Shown piece after piece: positions 12,974 through 22,504 of a stretch of 56,309 nt of DNA. Position 1 is the first letter of the stretch; each line of letters opens with the position of its first letter. This DNA comes from Bacteroidota bacterium (GTDB lineage Bacteria > Bacteroidota > Bacteroidia > Bacteroidales > UBA12077). The stretch is from the NCBI GenBank assembly GCA_020049295.1, contig JAIFLC010000018.1, forward strand, positions 1-56,309, read 5' to 3'. A program made the translations under genes and the position numbers. A model generated the notes under the pieces. That model was not told where the DNA came from. It made no database searches and was given only the letters and a program-made list of their open reading frames with translations.

Positions 12974-13011
12974 CAAAGACAAAAGGTTATTAACAGTATC
13001 TTTTGTCTTTG
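12974..13011 (+). terminator. 12-bp hairpin after etfA, weak T-tail
   Basis: CAAAGACAAAAG (12974-12985) pairs with CTTTTGTCTTTG (13000-13011). The downstream sequence is only moderately T-rich. Confidence 0.35.
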
Positions 13012-13120
13012 TTCATTCTATACACAGAATTAAGTCCAAAGAAGTTGTGTTTTATATGGATTAATTTTTATTTTTGGCACTTAAATTCAAAAAGATTATT
13101 ACTATTAAAAAAGGAAATCA

Positions 13121-14440
13121 ATGATTAGTACTATCGTTTTTGCACTTTTATTAGCTTCGGCTATTGGACTCTTTACCTACAATGTTAGAAAAATAACCAG
13201 AAACATTAAATTGGGTAAAGATATTGACCGAAAAGATAATCCAGTTAAAAGATGGTTGCTGGTTTTTAAGGTTGCTATTTTCCAATCAAAAATGCTTGGA
13301 TTACCCATTGCTGGGATTCTTCATCTCTTCGTTTATGCAGGTTTTATTTTGGTAAATATCGAGATGATTGAAGTGATGGTTGATGGACTTGCCGGAACAC
13401 ATCGTGCATTTTCGTTTCTGGGGAAATTTTATCCAATCATAATAAGTGCAACTGAATTCTTTGCATTACTTGTAATTATTGGCTGTGTAGTATTTCTTTT
13501 CAGAAGAAATGTAATTCGTTTGCCACGTTTCTGGAAACCAGAGATGACATCATGGCCAAGACTGGATGCTAATATCATTCTAATAACCGAAGTTGTTTTA
13601 ATGACATCTGTTTTCTTCTTGAATGCATCAGATTATATATTACAAACAAGGGAATATGGGCATTATGAGCAAGTGGGTTCATTCTTCTTAAGTTCATTCT
13701 TTGTTCCGTTAATTCAAAATCTACCTTCAGATTCGCTTGTTTTTATTGATCGAGCTTGCTGGTGGTTACATATTGTGGGTATAATGTTATTTTTGAACTA
13801 TATACCTTACTCAAAACACTTCCATGTATTTGTATCATTTCCAAACGTATATTTCTCGAAACTCGATCCAGCTGGTAAGATTGCAAATATGCCATCGATA
13901 ACAAGAGAAATTAAAAGTATGCTAGGGAAGCCAGTTGAACCTGAAGAAACTACAGATATGGCAGCTTTATCTTTTGGAGCTAAAGATGTTAAAGATTTAA
14001 CTTGGAAAGGACTTATGGATGCTTATTCCTGTACTGAGTGTGGACGTTGTACAAGAGTTTGCCCTGCAAATATCACAGGAAAAAAGTTATCTCCACGAAA
14101 AGTTATGATGGATGCCCGTGATAGACTTGAAATTGTTGGAAAAAATATTGATAAAAAAGGAAAGGATTTTACTGATGATAAATCACTTTTTGATTTCATC
14201 TCTGCAGAAGAACTTTGGGCTTGTACAACATGTAATGCTTGTACCAACGAATGTCCCGTTAATATTGATCAGGTTTCATTGATCATCGAAATGCGTCGCT
14301 ATCTTGTAATGGAAAAAGCAGCCGCTCCGGGTGAATTAAATGCCATTTTCAGCAATATTGAAAATAATGGAGCTCCATGGCAATTTTCTCAACAAGACCG
14401 TTTATTATGGGCTAATGAGCTTTATATAAACGAAAAATAA
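13121..14440 (+). CDS. integral-membrane Fe-S oxidoreductase (HdrE/DsrM-like TM domain plus two [4Fe-4S] motifs)
   Basis: The N-terminal two-thirds is hydrophobic helices. The C-terminal part carries CTECGRCTRVCP and CTTCNACTNECP ferredoxin-type motifs. Confidence 0.8.
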   Translation: MISTIVFALLLASAIGLFTYNVRKITRNIKLGKDIDRKDNPVKRWLLVFKVAIFQSKMLGLPIAGILHLFVYAGFILVNIEMIEVMVDGLAGTHRAFSFLGKFYPIIISATEFFALLVIIGCVVFLFRRNVIRLPRFWKPEMTSWPRLDANIILITEVVLMTSVFFLNASDYILQTREYGHYEQVGSFFLSSFFVPLIQNLPSDSLVFIDRACWWLHIVGIMLFLNYIPYSKHFHVFVSFPNVYFSKLDPAGKIANMPSITREIKSMLGKPVEPEETTDMAALSFGAKDVKDLTWKGLMDAYSCTECGRCTRVCPANITGKKLSPRKVMMDARDRLEIVGKNIDKKGKDFTDDKSLFDFISAEELWACTTCNACTNECPVNIDQVSLIIEMRRYLVMEKAAAPGELNAIFSNIENNGAPWQFSQQDRLLWANELYINEK

Positions 14441-14470
14441 ATTGGTAATAAGTTTTTAAATCAAAATAGT

Positions 14471-15268
14471 ATGACTGAAAAACGTAAAATCGAAGTTCCT
14501 GTTATGGCCGATGTTTTTGCAAAAGGTCAAAAACCAGAATATCTACTTTGGGTTGGTAGTGCCGGAGCTTTCGACGACAGATATAAAAAGGTAATCAGGG
14601 CATTTGTTAAAATACTCACTCACCTGAAAGTGGATTATGCTGTTTTAGGTACCGAAGAATCATCAAGCGGTGATGTAGCTCGCAGAGCTGGAAATGAGAT
14701 GCTTTACCAAATGCAAACACTTACAAATATTGATATTTTAAAAATGTACGAGGTGAAAAAGATTATTACGTGTGATCCACATGTCTATAATACATTTAAA
14801 AACGAATATCCTGATTTTGGAGGAAACTTTGAAGTAATTCATCATACTCAGTTTTTACAGAAAATGATTGCTGAAGGTAAACTCAAAATCGACAGTAATC
14901 TATTAAAAGATAAAACATTAACCTATCACGATCCATGCTACCTGGGAAGAGCAAATGGTGAATACAATGCACCAAGAGAAGTGCTGGGAGCAATTCCATC
15001 AACCCTAAAGGAAATGAAACGTAATAAAAGCCAGGCTTTATGCTGTGGTGCTGGTGGCGGACAAATGTTTAAGGAAGCCGAAAAAGGGGATAAGGAAGTT
15101 TTTATGGAACGTACCGAAGATGTGCTGGAAACAGGAGCTGATATTATTGTTACTGCTTGTCCATATTGCATGGTGATGATGACTGATGGGCTTAAGTACA
15201 AGAACAAAGAAGATCAGATAAAAAATTATGATATTGCCGAATTAATTGAGCAAACATTAGAACTATAA
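14471..15268 (+). CDS. CCG-domain (HdrD/GlpC-like) cysteine-rich Fe-S protein
   Basis: 265 aa with CCG-type cysteine motifs (ITCDPHV, HDPCYLGR, ALCCGAGGG, TACPYCMVM). Confidence 0.8.
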   Translation: MTEKRKIEVPVMADVFAKGQKPEYLLWVGSAGAFDDRYKKVIRAFVKILTHLKVDYAVLGTEESSSGDVARRAGNEMLYQMQTLTNIDILKMYEVKKIITCDPHVYNTFKNEYPDFGGNFEVIHHTQFLQKMIAEGKLKIDSNLLKDKTLTYHDPCYLGRANGEYNAPREVLGAIPSTLKEMKRNKSQALCCGAGGGQMFKEAEKGDKEVFMERTEDVLETGADIIVTACPYCMVMMTDGLKYKNKEDQIKNYDIAELIEQTLEL

Positions 15269-15286
15269 CTAAAATCTAATTATACA

Positions 15287-17071
15287 ATGGAAAAACAATT
15301 AAGCATTAAGGGTGGCGAATTTCTTTTGAAACAAACCAAAGCAAACGAAATTTTTATCCCTGAAGAGTTTAACGAAGAGCAAAAGATGATTGCTCAAACC
15401 TGTGAAGACTTTCTTGAAACGGAAGTTTTTCCTAATCTCGAAAGAATCGATCATCAGGAAGAAGGATTAATGATGAGCATTGTTAAAAAGGCGGGCGAAC
15501 TTGGATTATTAGGAGTTTCTATCCAAGAAGAATACCAAGGCTTTGGCCAATCATTTGTAACATCAATGCTTGCAAGTGAAAAAATGGGTGCTGGTCATTC
15601 TTTTGCAGTAGCTTATTCTGCACATACAGGTATTGGTTCGCTTCCAATTGCTTACTATGGAACGCACGAACAAAAAATGAAATATTTAACCAAACTGGCT
15701 ACTGGCGAATATACCGGAGCGTATTGTTTGACTGAACCCGGAGCTGGATCGGATGCAAACTCTGGTAAAACAAAAGCAGTTTTGTCAGCTGATGGTAAAC
15801 ATTATATTTTAAACGGACAAAAAATGTGGATCACCAATGGTGGTTTTGCTGATATTCAGACTGTTTTTGCAAAAATAGATAACGACCGTGTTTATAGTGC
15901 CTTTATTGTTGAAAGAGCATGGGAAGGAATTACCTTGAATCCTGAAGAAAAGAAAATGGGTATTAAAGGATCATCAACCCGTCAGATTTTCTATAACGAC
16001 GTAAAAGTTCCTGTTGAAAATTTGCTAGGTAAGCGTGGTGAAGGATTCAGAATCGCATTAAATATTCTTCACATGGGACGTATTAAATTAGGTGGAAACG
16101 TTCTTGGTGCTGCAAAACGTGCTATTTCTCAATCGGTAAATTATTCAAATGAGCGTAAACAGTTTGGTACATTAATATCGAACTTTGGATCAATAAAACA
16201 TAAATTAGCTGAACAGGCGATCAAAACATTTACAACCGAATCTGCTGTTTATCGTGTTAGTAAGGATATTGACATTGCTATTGATATGTACAAAGCAATG
16301 GAAGGTTGCGATTATGGCAGAGCTATTATGGATGCATTTGGTCAGTATGGTTCAGAAGCTGCCATAATGAAAGTGTTTGGATCTGAAGCATTGGATTATA
16401 TTGTTGACGAAGGTGTTCAGGTGATGGGTGGTATGGGATATTCGGCTGAAATGCCAGCTGACAGATCGTACAGAGATTCTCGTATTAATCGTATTTTCGA
16501 AGGTACAAACGAGATTAACCGTTTACTTGTTACCGATACGATTATTAAACGTGGACAAAAAGGTGAGATCAAATTATTCGAAAAAGCTAAAGAAATTATT
16601 GCTGGCTTAGATAATTTAAAGGATAATTATTCACCAAAAGGATATTTTGAAGATAAAGCATTCTTTGTAGAAAATTTCAAAAATATATGCCTTATGTTAA
16701 TGGAAGCTGCGGTTATTAAGTTTGAACGTGGTTTAGTTAACGAACAAGAGGTAATGAATAGTTTAGCCGATATATTAATGAATACCTATGTTGCTGAATC
16801 AACATTGTTGCGTGTTCAGAAATTGGAATCAATACAAACTCCTGATTGTATGAGTTTGTACCGCGATATGCTTGATGTTTATACCTTCGAGTCAGCATTA
16901 TTGATTTATAAACATGCTATGGATGCCATTTATTCAATTGATGATGAAAAAATGACCAATAAATTAATTAAAGGCATCGAAATTTATACAAAACTTCCAG
17001 GTGTAAATACAAAAGATGCACGAAGAAGAATTGCAAATAAATTAATAGCTGAAAATAAATATTGTTTTTAG
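15287..17071 (+). CDS. long-form acyl-CoA dehydrogenase
   Basis: 594 aa with ACAD blocks (YCLTEPGAGSDA, KMWITNGG, QFGTLISNFG, GGMGYS...RDSRINRIFEGTNEI) and a roughly 180-aa C-terminal extension. Confidence 0.9.
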   Translation: MEKQLSIKGGEFLLKQTKANEIFIPEEFNEEQKMIAQTCEDFLETEVFPNLERIDHQEEGLMMSIVKKAGELGLLGVSIQEEYQGFGQSFVTSMLASEKMGAGHSFAVAYSAHTGIGSLPIAYYGTHEQKMKYLTKLATGEYTGAYCLTEPGAGSDANSGKTKAVLSADGKHYILNGQKMWITNGGFADIQTVFAKIDNDRVYSAFIVERAWEGITLNPEEKKMGIKGSSTRQIFYNDVKVPVENLLGKRGEGFRIALNILHMGRIKLGGNVLGAAKRAISQSVNYSNERKQFGTLISNFGSIKHKLAEQAIKTFTTESAVYRVSKDIDIAIDMYKAMEGCDYGRAIMDAFGQYGSEAAIMKVFGSEALDYIVDEGVQVMGGMGYSAEMPADRSYRDSRINRIFEGTNEINRLLVTDTIIKRGQKGEIKLFEKAKEIIAGLDNLKDNYSPKGYFEDKAFFVENFKNICLMLMEAAVIKFERGLVNEQEVMNSLADILMNTYVAESTLLRVQKLESIQTPDCMSLYRDMLDVYTFESALLIYKHAMDAIYSIDDEKMTNKLIKGIEIYTKLPGVNTKDARRRIANKLIAENKYCF

Positions 17072-17082
17072 TAAAATATAAA

Positions 17083-17146
17083 TTGGACTAAAGTCCAATA
17101 ATTCATTCTTATTAATTACCCCAGCCTTCAGACTGGGGTTTTTTAT
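17083..17146. repeat. intergenic palindromic repeat, family B copy 1 (includes a terminator hairpin)
   Basis: TGGACTAAAGTCCAAT (17084-17099) is identical to 23796-23811. It is followed by CCCCAG..CTGGGG (17119-17138) plus TTTTTT, which likely terminates the acyl-CoA dehydrogenase transcript. Confidence 0.7.
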
Positions 17147-17183
17147 TAAGAAAACAAGCACCTTTTTCAAAATATTTTTTTAG

Positions 17184-17286
17184 GTCATTGCGAACGAAGT
17201 GAAGCAATCTTAAGTTGCTGAATATTTATAGATTGCTTCGTTCTTCCGATCCCGAAAGCTTTCGGGACGGGATCACTCGCAATGAC
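17184..17286. repeat. REP/MITE-like nested palindromic element, family A copy 1
   Basis: GTCATTGCGAACGAAGTGAAGCAATC ... GATTGCTTCGTTC ... TCGCAATGAC, with an internal CCCGAAAGCTTTCGGG palindrome. The core recurs at 22435-22492. Confidence 0.75.
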
Positions 17287-17394
17287 TTTTTAAGTTTTTT
17301 GAGATAACCATGCTTGTTTCGGATTATTCGTGTTTTTTTGATTTTGATCGCAATTATTTTTCAATTAAATTTACTGGTCTTAAATAAATCCAGT

Positions 17395-18186
17395 ATGAGT
17401 AAAAACAATGCTTTCGATAATGGTATCGTGATTCTGGGAGCAGGAAATGTTGCTACTCATTTGGCATTAGCACTTTTTAAATCAAATTATAGAATCAGGT
17501 TTGTTTTTAATAGAACAATTAATTCTGGCAAAGAACTTGCCTTAAAACTTAATGCAGATTATTCAGATGATTTTACCAAGGTTCCTGTAGATGCTGATCT
17601 ATATATTATCTCGGTAAAAGATGATGCAATTGAAGAAGTCGCCAATAGTCTCAAAAAAACTAATGGAATTGTAATACATACTGCTGGTGGAATTTCTTTA
17701 GATGTGTTGAAGAATTGCAAAAATTTTGGAGTTTTTTACCCCTTGCAAACCTTTACTAAAAAAAGATCTGTCGATTTAAGCGAAGTTCCCATACTGGTTG
17801 AAGCAAATAATGAAATTACAAAGAATAAGTTATTTCAACTTGCCCATCATATTACAATGAATGTATTTGAGATAAATTCTGAAAAAAGAAAAATGATTCA
17901 TTTAGCGGCAGTATTTTCTTGCAACTTTGTAAATCACATGTATACCATTGGTTCCCAATTAATGAAGAATTCTGAAAGCTCATTCGATTTGCTTAAACCT
18001 TTGGTAATAGAAACTGTCAATAAAGCAATAGATATGCAACCCGAAAATGCTCAAACAGGCCCGGCCTTGCGTAATGATAAGAAAGTAATGGAAAATCATC
18101 TTAAATTGCTTTCAGAATATCCTGAATTTGAAAAAATATATAGATTTGTGAGCGATAGCATTTATTCATCACAACGCAAAAAGTAA
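17395..18186 (+). CDS. Rossmann-fold oxidoreductase-like protein (DUF2520-type)
   Basis: GIVILGAGNVATHLALAL dinucleotide-binding motif near the N-terminus. I prefer the ATG at 17395. The TTG at 17314 in the ORF track adds a hydrophobic extension that overlaps the repeat region. Confidence 0.6.
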   Translation: MSKNNAFDNGIVILGAGNVATHLALALFKSNYRIRFVFNRTINSGKELALKLNADYSDDFTKVPVDADLYIISVKDDAIEEVANSLKKTNGIVIHTAGGISLDVLKNCKNFGVFYPLQTFTKKRSVDLSEVPILVEANNEITKNKLFQLAHHITMNVFEINSEKRKMIHLAAVFSCNFVNHMYTIGSQLMKNSESSFDLLKPLVIETVNKAIDMQPENAQTGPALRNDKKVMENHLKLLSEYPEFEKIYRFVSDSIYSSQRKK

Positions 18187-18194
18187 AAAAGTTT

Positions 18195-18701
18195 ATGGCA
18201 AATTTTAAAGAAAAACTGAATCAGATTAAAGCCTTTGTATTTGATGTTGATGGTGTATTTACCGATGGTAAAATTTATCTCGAACCAGGTGGTGAATTTG
18301 TTCGATCAGTAGATATGAAAGATGGATATGCTATTCATCATGCCATTAAACAAGGTTTTATTATCGGCATCATTTCAGGAGGAAATTCAGAGGCTGTTCG
18401 AAAACGTTTTCAATTTCTTAAGATTACTGATATCTATATGAATTCGAAAGATAAAAAATCAGATTTTGAAGATTTTTATTTCAAATATGGTTTAAAACCT
18501 GAAGAAATACTATATATGGGAGATGATATTCCGGATTATGAAGTAATGAAAATGGCCGGATTAGCTACTTGCCCTGCCGATGCGGTTGTCGAAATTAAAT
18601 CAATAGCTGAATATATTTCAAATTATTCCGGGGGTAATGGGTGTGTTCGCGATGTAATTGAACAAGTGTTAAAATTACAAGGTAAATGGTTTAACTATTA
18701 A
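18195..18701 (+). CDS. kdsC: HAD-IIIA phosphatase, KDO-8-phosphate phosphatase-like
   Basis: 168 aa with FVFDVDGVFTDG and a YMGDDIPD motif. Size and motifs are typical of KdsC. Confidence 0.75.
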   Translation: MANFKEKLNQIKAFVFDVDGVFTDGKIYLEPGGEFVRSVDMKDGYAIHHAIKQGFIIGIISGGNSEAVRKRFQFLKITDIYMNSKDKKSDFEDFYFKYGLKPEEILYMGDDIPDYEVMKMAGLATCPADAVVEIKSIAEYISNYSGGNGCVRDVIEQVLKLQGKWFNY

Positions 18702-18720
18702 ATATCTAAACCTAAAGATT

Positions 18721-19674
18721 ATGATGAACTTCCTGCGATTGATACGATACAAAAATTTGTTAATCATTATATTAACTCAGTATCTGATGCGCTGGAGTAT
18801 TATTAAACCTATTTTAAATGTATACGACTTTGATCTTCAGTTTTCCGAGATTAACTTTCTTTTCTTAGTCATGTCAACTGTATTTATAACTGCCGCAGGA
18901 TATGTAATTAATGACTATTTCGATACCAAAACTGATTTAGTAAACCGACCTCAAACGGTTCTTGTGGGTAAAATTATTAATCGCAGAAGCGCCATACTCA
19001 TTCATGGTATTTTAAGCTCATTAGGCATATTGATGGGTATTTATGTGTCTTTTTATATTGGGTTTCCAATATTATCGCTTGTTTTTATTCTTATTACCGG
19101 AATATTATGGTTTTATTCTACTACATATAAACGACAGTTTTTAATAGGAAATCTTATCGTTGCTTTCTTAACAGGATTGGTTCCTTTAATTGTACTATTA
19201 TTTGAAATTCCTTTATTAAATAAAACCTATGGATATGTGTTGATTCAGATGAGAGCCAATTTTAACCTGATAATTGTATGGGTTTTATCATTTGCTTTTT
19301 ATGCATTTCTTTTAACACTTATAAGGGAAATTATTAAGGATATTGAAGATTATGAAGGAGATAATGAATATGGACGCCAAACTATGCCAATAGTATTAGG
19401 TGTTTTAAATACGAAGGTTATTGTGGTTTCGTTCATACTATTTGCAATATTCTCATTGCTATATGCATACTTTCGGTTTTTAACAGATTTTATTACACTA
19501 ATCTACTTTATTGTTTTTCTAATTATTCCGCTTATACTTTTATTGTATAAATTAATTATTGCTGAAACAAAAAACGAATACCATTCAGCCAGCCGGTTAT
19601 CAAAATTGATTATGCTTGCTGGAATATTATACGCTTTAGTGGCCAATTTTATTATTAATCAGAACCTCTTATAG
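18721..19674 (+). CDS. UbiA-family prenyltransferase
   Basis: 317-aa polytopic membrane protein with NDYFDTKTD (NDxxDxxxD) and a second Asp-rich motif, KDIEDYEGD. Confidence 0.8.
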   Translation: MMNFLRLIRYKNLLIIILTQYLMRWSIIKPILNVYDFDLQFSEINFLFLVMSTVFITAAGYVINDYFDTKTDLVNRPQTVLVGKIINRRSAILIHGILSSLGILMGIYVSFYIGFPILSLVFILITGILWFYSTTYKRQFLIGNLIVAFLTGLVPLIVLLFEIPLLNKTYGYVLIQMRANFNLIIVWVLSFAFYAFLLTLIREIIKDIEDYEGDNEYGRQTMPIVLGVLNTKVIVVSFILFAIFSLLYAYFRFLTDFITLIYFIVFLIIPLILLLYKLIIAETKNEYHSASRLSKLIMLAGILYALVANFIINQNLL

Positions 19675-19677
19675 TTG

Positions 19678-20271
19678 ATGTTTATTCCCAATATTGATAA
19701 ATATAAAATTATTCTTGCTTCCCAATCCCCTCGAAGACAGCATCTGTTGAAAGAAATTGGAATTGATTTTACAGTTGTCAAAAAGTCATTTGGTGATGAG
19801 AATTTTCCGGAAGGTTTAACTCGCGAACAAATTGCACTTTATTTGGCAGAATATAAAGCGTCGTATTTTGATGATGATTTAAAAGAAGACGAAATCATTA
19901 TTACTGCCGATACAATTGTGTGGCTTAATAACCAGGTAATTAATAAACCAATTGATTTTAATGATGCAGTTTTAATGCTTGAAAAAATAAGTGGGAATTG
20001 CCATCAGGTTTATACCGGCGTTTGTTTAAGTTCAAAGAAAAAGAGATTTGTGTTTTATGCTTCATCTGATGTGTATTTCAGAAAACTTACTTCAGAAGAA
20101 ATAAATTATTATATCAGTACCTATAAACCATACGATAAAGCCGGTGCTTATGGCATACAGGAATGGATTGGATATATTGGTATTGAAAAAATAAACGGAT
20201 CATTTTACAATGTAATGGGACTTCCTATTCAGAAATTATATGTAGAGCTAAATAAATTTATAAATAACTAA
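19678..20271 (+). CDS. maf: Maf-family nucleoside triphosphate pyrophosphatase
   Basis: ILASQSPRRQHLL, ADTIV and KAGAYGIQ motifs. The ATG at 19678 is preferred over the TTG at 19675. Confidence 0.85.
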   Translation: MFIPNIDKYKIILASQSPRRQHLLKEIGIDFTVVKKSFGDENFPEGLTREQIALYLAEYKASYFDDDLKEDEIIITADTIVWLNNQVINKPIDFNDAVLMLEKISGNCHQVYTGVCLSSKKKRFVFYASSDVYFRKLTSEEINYYISTYKPYDKAGAYGIQEWIGYIGIEKINGSFYNVMGLPIQKLYVELNKFINN

Positions 20272-20282
20272 ACTATCTTATC

Positions 20283-22424
20283 ATGAAGAAACTACTTTTA
20301 TATGTAATCTGCTCATTAATTAGCGTTTCCCAATTATTTGCCGATGAAGGAATGTGGATTCCTTTACTGCTAAAGAATCATACAATAGCCGATATGCAGA
20401 AGAATGGATTTAAGCTTACTGCAGATGATATTTATAATATTAACCAAGCAAGCACTAAAGATGCAATTGTAATATTTGGCCGAGGTTGTACAGGCGAACT
20501 GGTATCTGACCAGGGATTATTGTTGACCAATCATCATTGTGGTTATGGACAGATACAGCGTCATAGCAGCATTGAAAAAGATTATCTTACCAATGGTTTT
20601 TGGGCAATGTCGAAAGCTGAAGAACTTCCAAATCCTGGACTATCAGTTACCTTCCTTGTGCGAATCGAAGATGTTACTAAGCAAGCTCTTGAGGGTGTTA
20701 GCAGTTCCATGTCGCAAACCGAAAAGTACAAAAAAATAGCCGATAATAATCGTGAAATTGAGAGCAAAGCTATTGCCGGAACAAATCATACTGCTTCCGT
20801 ACGATCTTTTTATTATGGTAATGAGTATTATATGTTTGTTTATGAAGAGTTTAAGGATGTTCGTTTAGTTGGAGCTCCTCCATCATCAATTGGCAAATTT
20901 GGTGGCGATACCGATAACTGGATGTGGCCTCGCCATACAGGTGATTTTTCGGTATTCCGTATTTATGCAAATAAAGAAAATCAACCTGCTGATTATTCTC
21001 CTGATAATGTGCCATACAAACCCAAAAAGTTCTTAAATGTTTCCATGAAAGGAGTAAATGAAGGAGATTTTACATGGGTTATAGGATATCCTGGTGGTAC
21101 TGAACAATATCTTACCTCGGATGCAATTAAACTGGTATCAGAGGTTCGAAATCCTCATAAAATAAAATTGCGAGACAAACGGCTCGAGGTAATGAATGCT
21201 TATGCCAATGTAAATGATACGATACGAATAAAATATGCTAGTAAAAATGCCGGTGTAAGTAACTCATGGAAAAGATGGATTGGCGAGATTAATGGACTTA
21301 AAAGACTTGATGCAGTAAATAAAAAGATTGCTTTTGAGAATGAATTCACAAACTGGGCTGCAAATAAACCCAATTATAATGGTTTATTAAAAGAGTTTAA
21401 TAAAAACTATACCGATATTGAATCCTATGCATTAGCTTATGATTATTGGCGCGAAGCAGTATATGGAATTGAAGTTATCGCTTATGCTTCTGGTTTTGAA
21501 AAATTGATCGAAATTTCAAAAGGAACAGATTCTTCATTGGCACTGGCCGAGTCAACCAGACTTCTTAAAGTTTCTTCAAACTTTTTTAAAGATTATGATT
21601 TAAGGGTTGATAAGGATATTTTTAAAGCCTTATTGCCAATGTATTTTGCAGGTGTAAACGAAGAGTTTTACCCATCCATTTATTCAAAAATTCAATCCAA
21701 ATATAATGGAGATTTTGATAAATATGTTGAACAGGTATTTGAGGAAACAATTTTTAATAAACCTGAAAAACTTGAAAAACTGTTAAGTAATTATTCTGCA
21801 AATAGAGTGGGAGAGCTGAAAAACGATCCAATTTATGTTCTTTATAATTCGTTTTTAGATGTTTACAAAGACAAAGTTTCAGAAAAATACTTTGCGATAT
21901 CAGCTAAAAATGATAGCCTTTATAATATTTACATGAATGCTTTGCGCGAGATGCAGCCGCAAAAGAAATTCTATCCTGATGCTAATTTTACTATGCGTGT
22001 TGCCTATGGTAAAGTAAAAGGGTATTATCCGAAGGATGGAGTAAAATATTTGCATTATACAACGCTTGATGGTGTTATTGAAAAAGATAATCCAGCAATT
22101 TACGATTATGACATTCCTAATAGACTTAGGGAGATTTATAAGCAAAAGGATTATGGTGTTTATGCAAAGGATGGTTCTGTACCTTTGTGTTTTATTGCTA
22201 CAAACCATACCACAGGTGGAAATTCAGGAAGTCCAGTGCTGGATGCCTATGGTAATTTAATTGGATTAAACTTCGACAGAGCATGGGAGGGCATTGCCAG
22301 CGACATGATGTACGATCCGGATTTTAGCCGCAATGTTACATTGGATATTCGCTATGTACTTTTTATTATCGATAAATATGCCGGAGCAAAACATCTTGTG
22401 GATGAGATGGTAATTGTTAAATAG
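20283..22424 (+). CDS. S46-family dipeptidyl-peptidase (DPP7/DPP11-like)
   Basis: Signal peptide, then DEGMWIP, TNHHCG (catalytic His) and TTGGNSGSPV (catalytic Ser). 713 aa. Confidence 0.9.
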   Translation: MKKLLLYVICSLISVSQLFADEGMWIPLLLKNHTIADMQKNGFKLTADDIYNINQASTKDAIVIFGRGCTGELVSDQGLLLTNHHCGYGQIQRHSSIEKDYLTNGFWAMSKAEELPNPGLSVTFLVRIEDVTKQALEGVSSSMSQTEKYKKIADNNREIESKAIAGTNHTASVRSFYYGNEYYMFVYEEFKDVRLVGAPPSSIGKFGGDTDNWMWPRHTGDFSVFRIYANKENQPADYSPDNVPYKPKKFLNVSMKGVNEGDFTWVIGYPGGTEQYLTSDAIKLVSEVRNPHKIKLRDKRLEVMNAYANVNDTIRIKYASKNAGVSNSWKRWIGEINGLKRLDAVNKKIAFENEFTNWAANKPNYNGLLKEFNKNYTDIESYALAYDYWREAVYGIEVIAYASGFEKLIEISKGTDSSLALAESTRLLKVSSNFFKDYDLRVDKDIFKALLPMYFAGVNEEFYPSIYSKIQSKYNGDFDKYVEQVFEETIFNKPEKLEKLLSNYSANRVGELKNDPIYVLYNSFLDVYKDKVSEKYFAISAKNDSLYNIYMNALREMQPQKKFYPDANFTMRVAYGKVKGYYPKDGVKYLHYTTLDGVIEKDNPAIYDYDIPNRLREIYKQKDYGVYAKDGSVPLCFIATNHTTGGNSGSPVLDAYGNLIGLNFDRAWEGIASDMMYDPDFSRNVTLDIRYVLFIIDKYAGAKHLVDEMVIVK

Positions 22425-22434
22425 GATGGTTTAA

Positions 22435-22492
22435 GTCATGGCGAACGCAGTGAAGCAATCTTTATAGATTGCTTCACTGCGTTCGCAGTAAC
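22435..22492. repeat. REP-like palindromic element, family A copy 2
   Basis: Perfect 20-bp stem: GCGAACGCAGTGAAGCAATC (22441-22460) pairs with GATTGCTTCACTGCGTTCGC (22467-22486). It lies between the convergent S46 peptidase and selD genes and may act as a bidirectional terminator. Confidence 0.75.
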
Positions 22493-22504
22493 AATTATAA
22501 TAGT

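Noticed and set aside
17314-17394. N-terminal extensions from TTG starts in the ORF track (17314, 45503, 10869, 19675, 32696).
   Set aside because: In each case an ATG lies a few to 27 codons downstream and gives an N-terminus typical of the family. The extensions overlap repeats or neighbouring genes.
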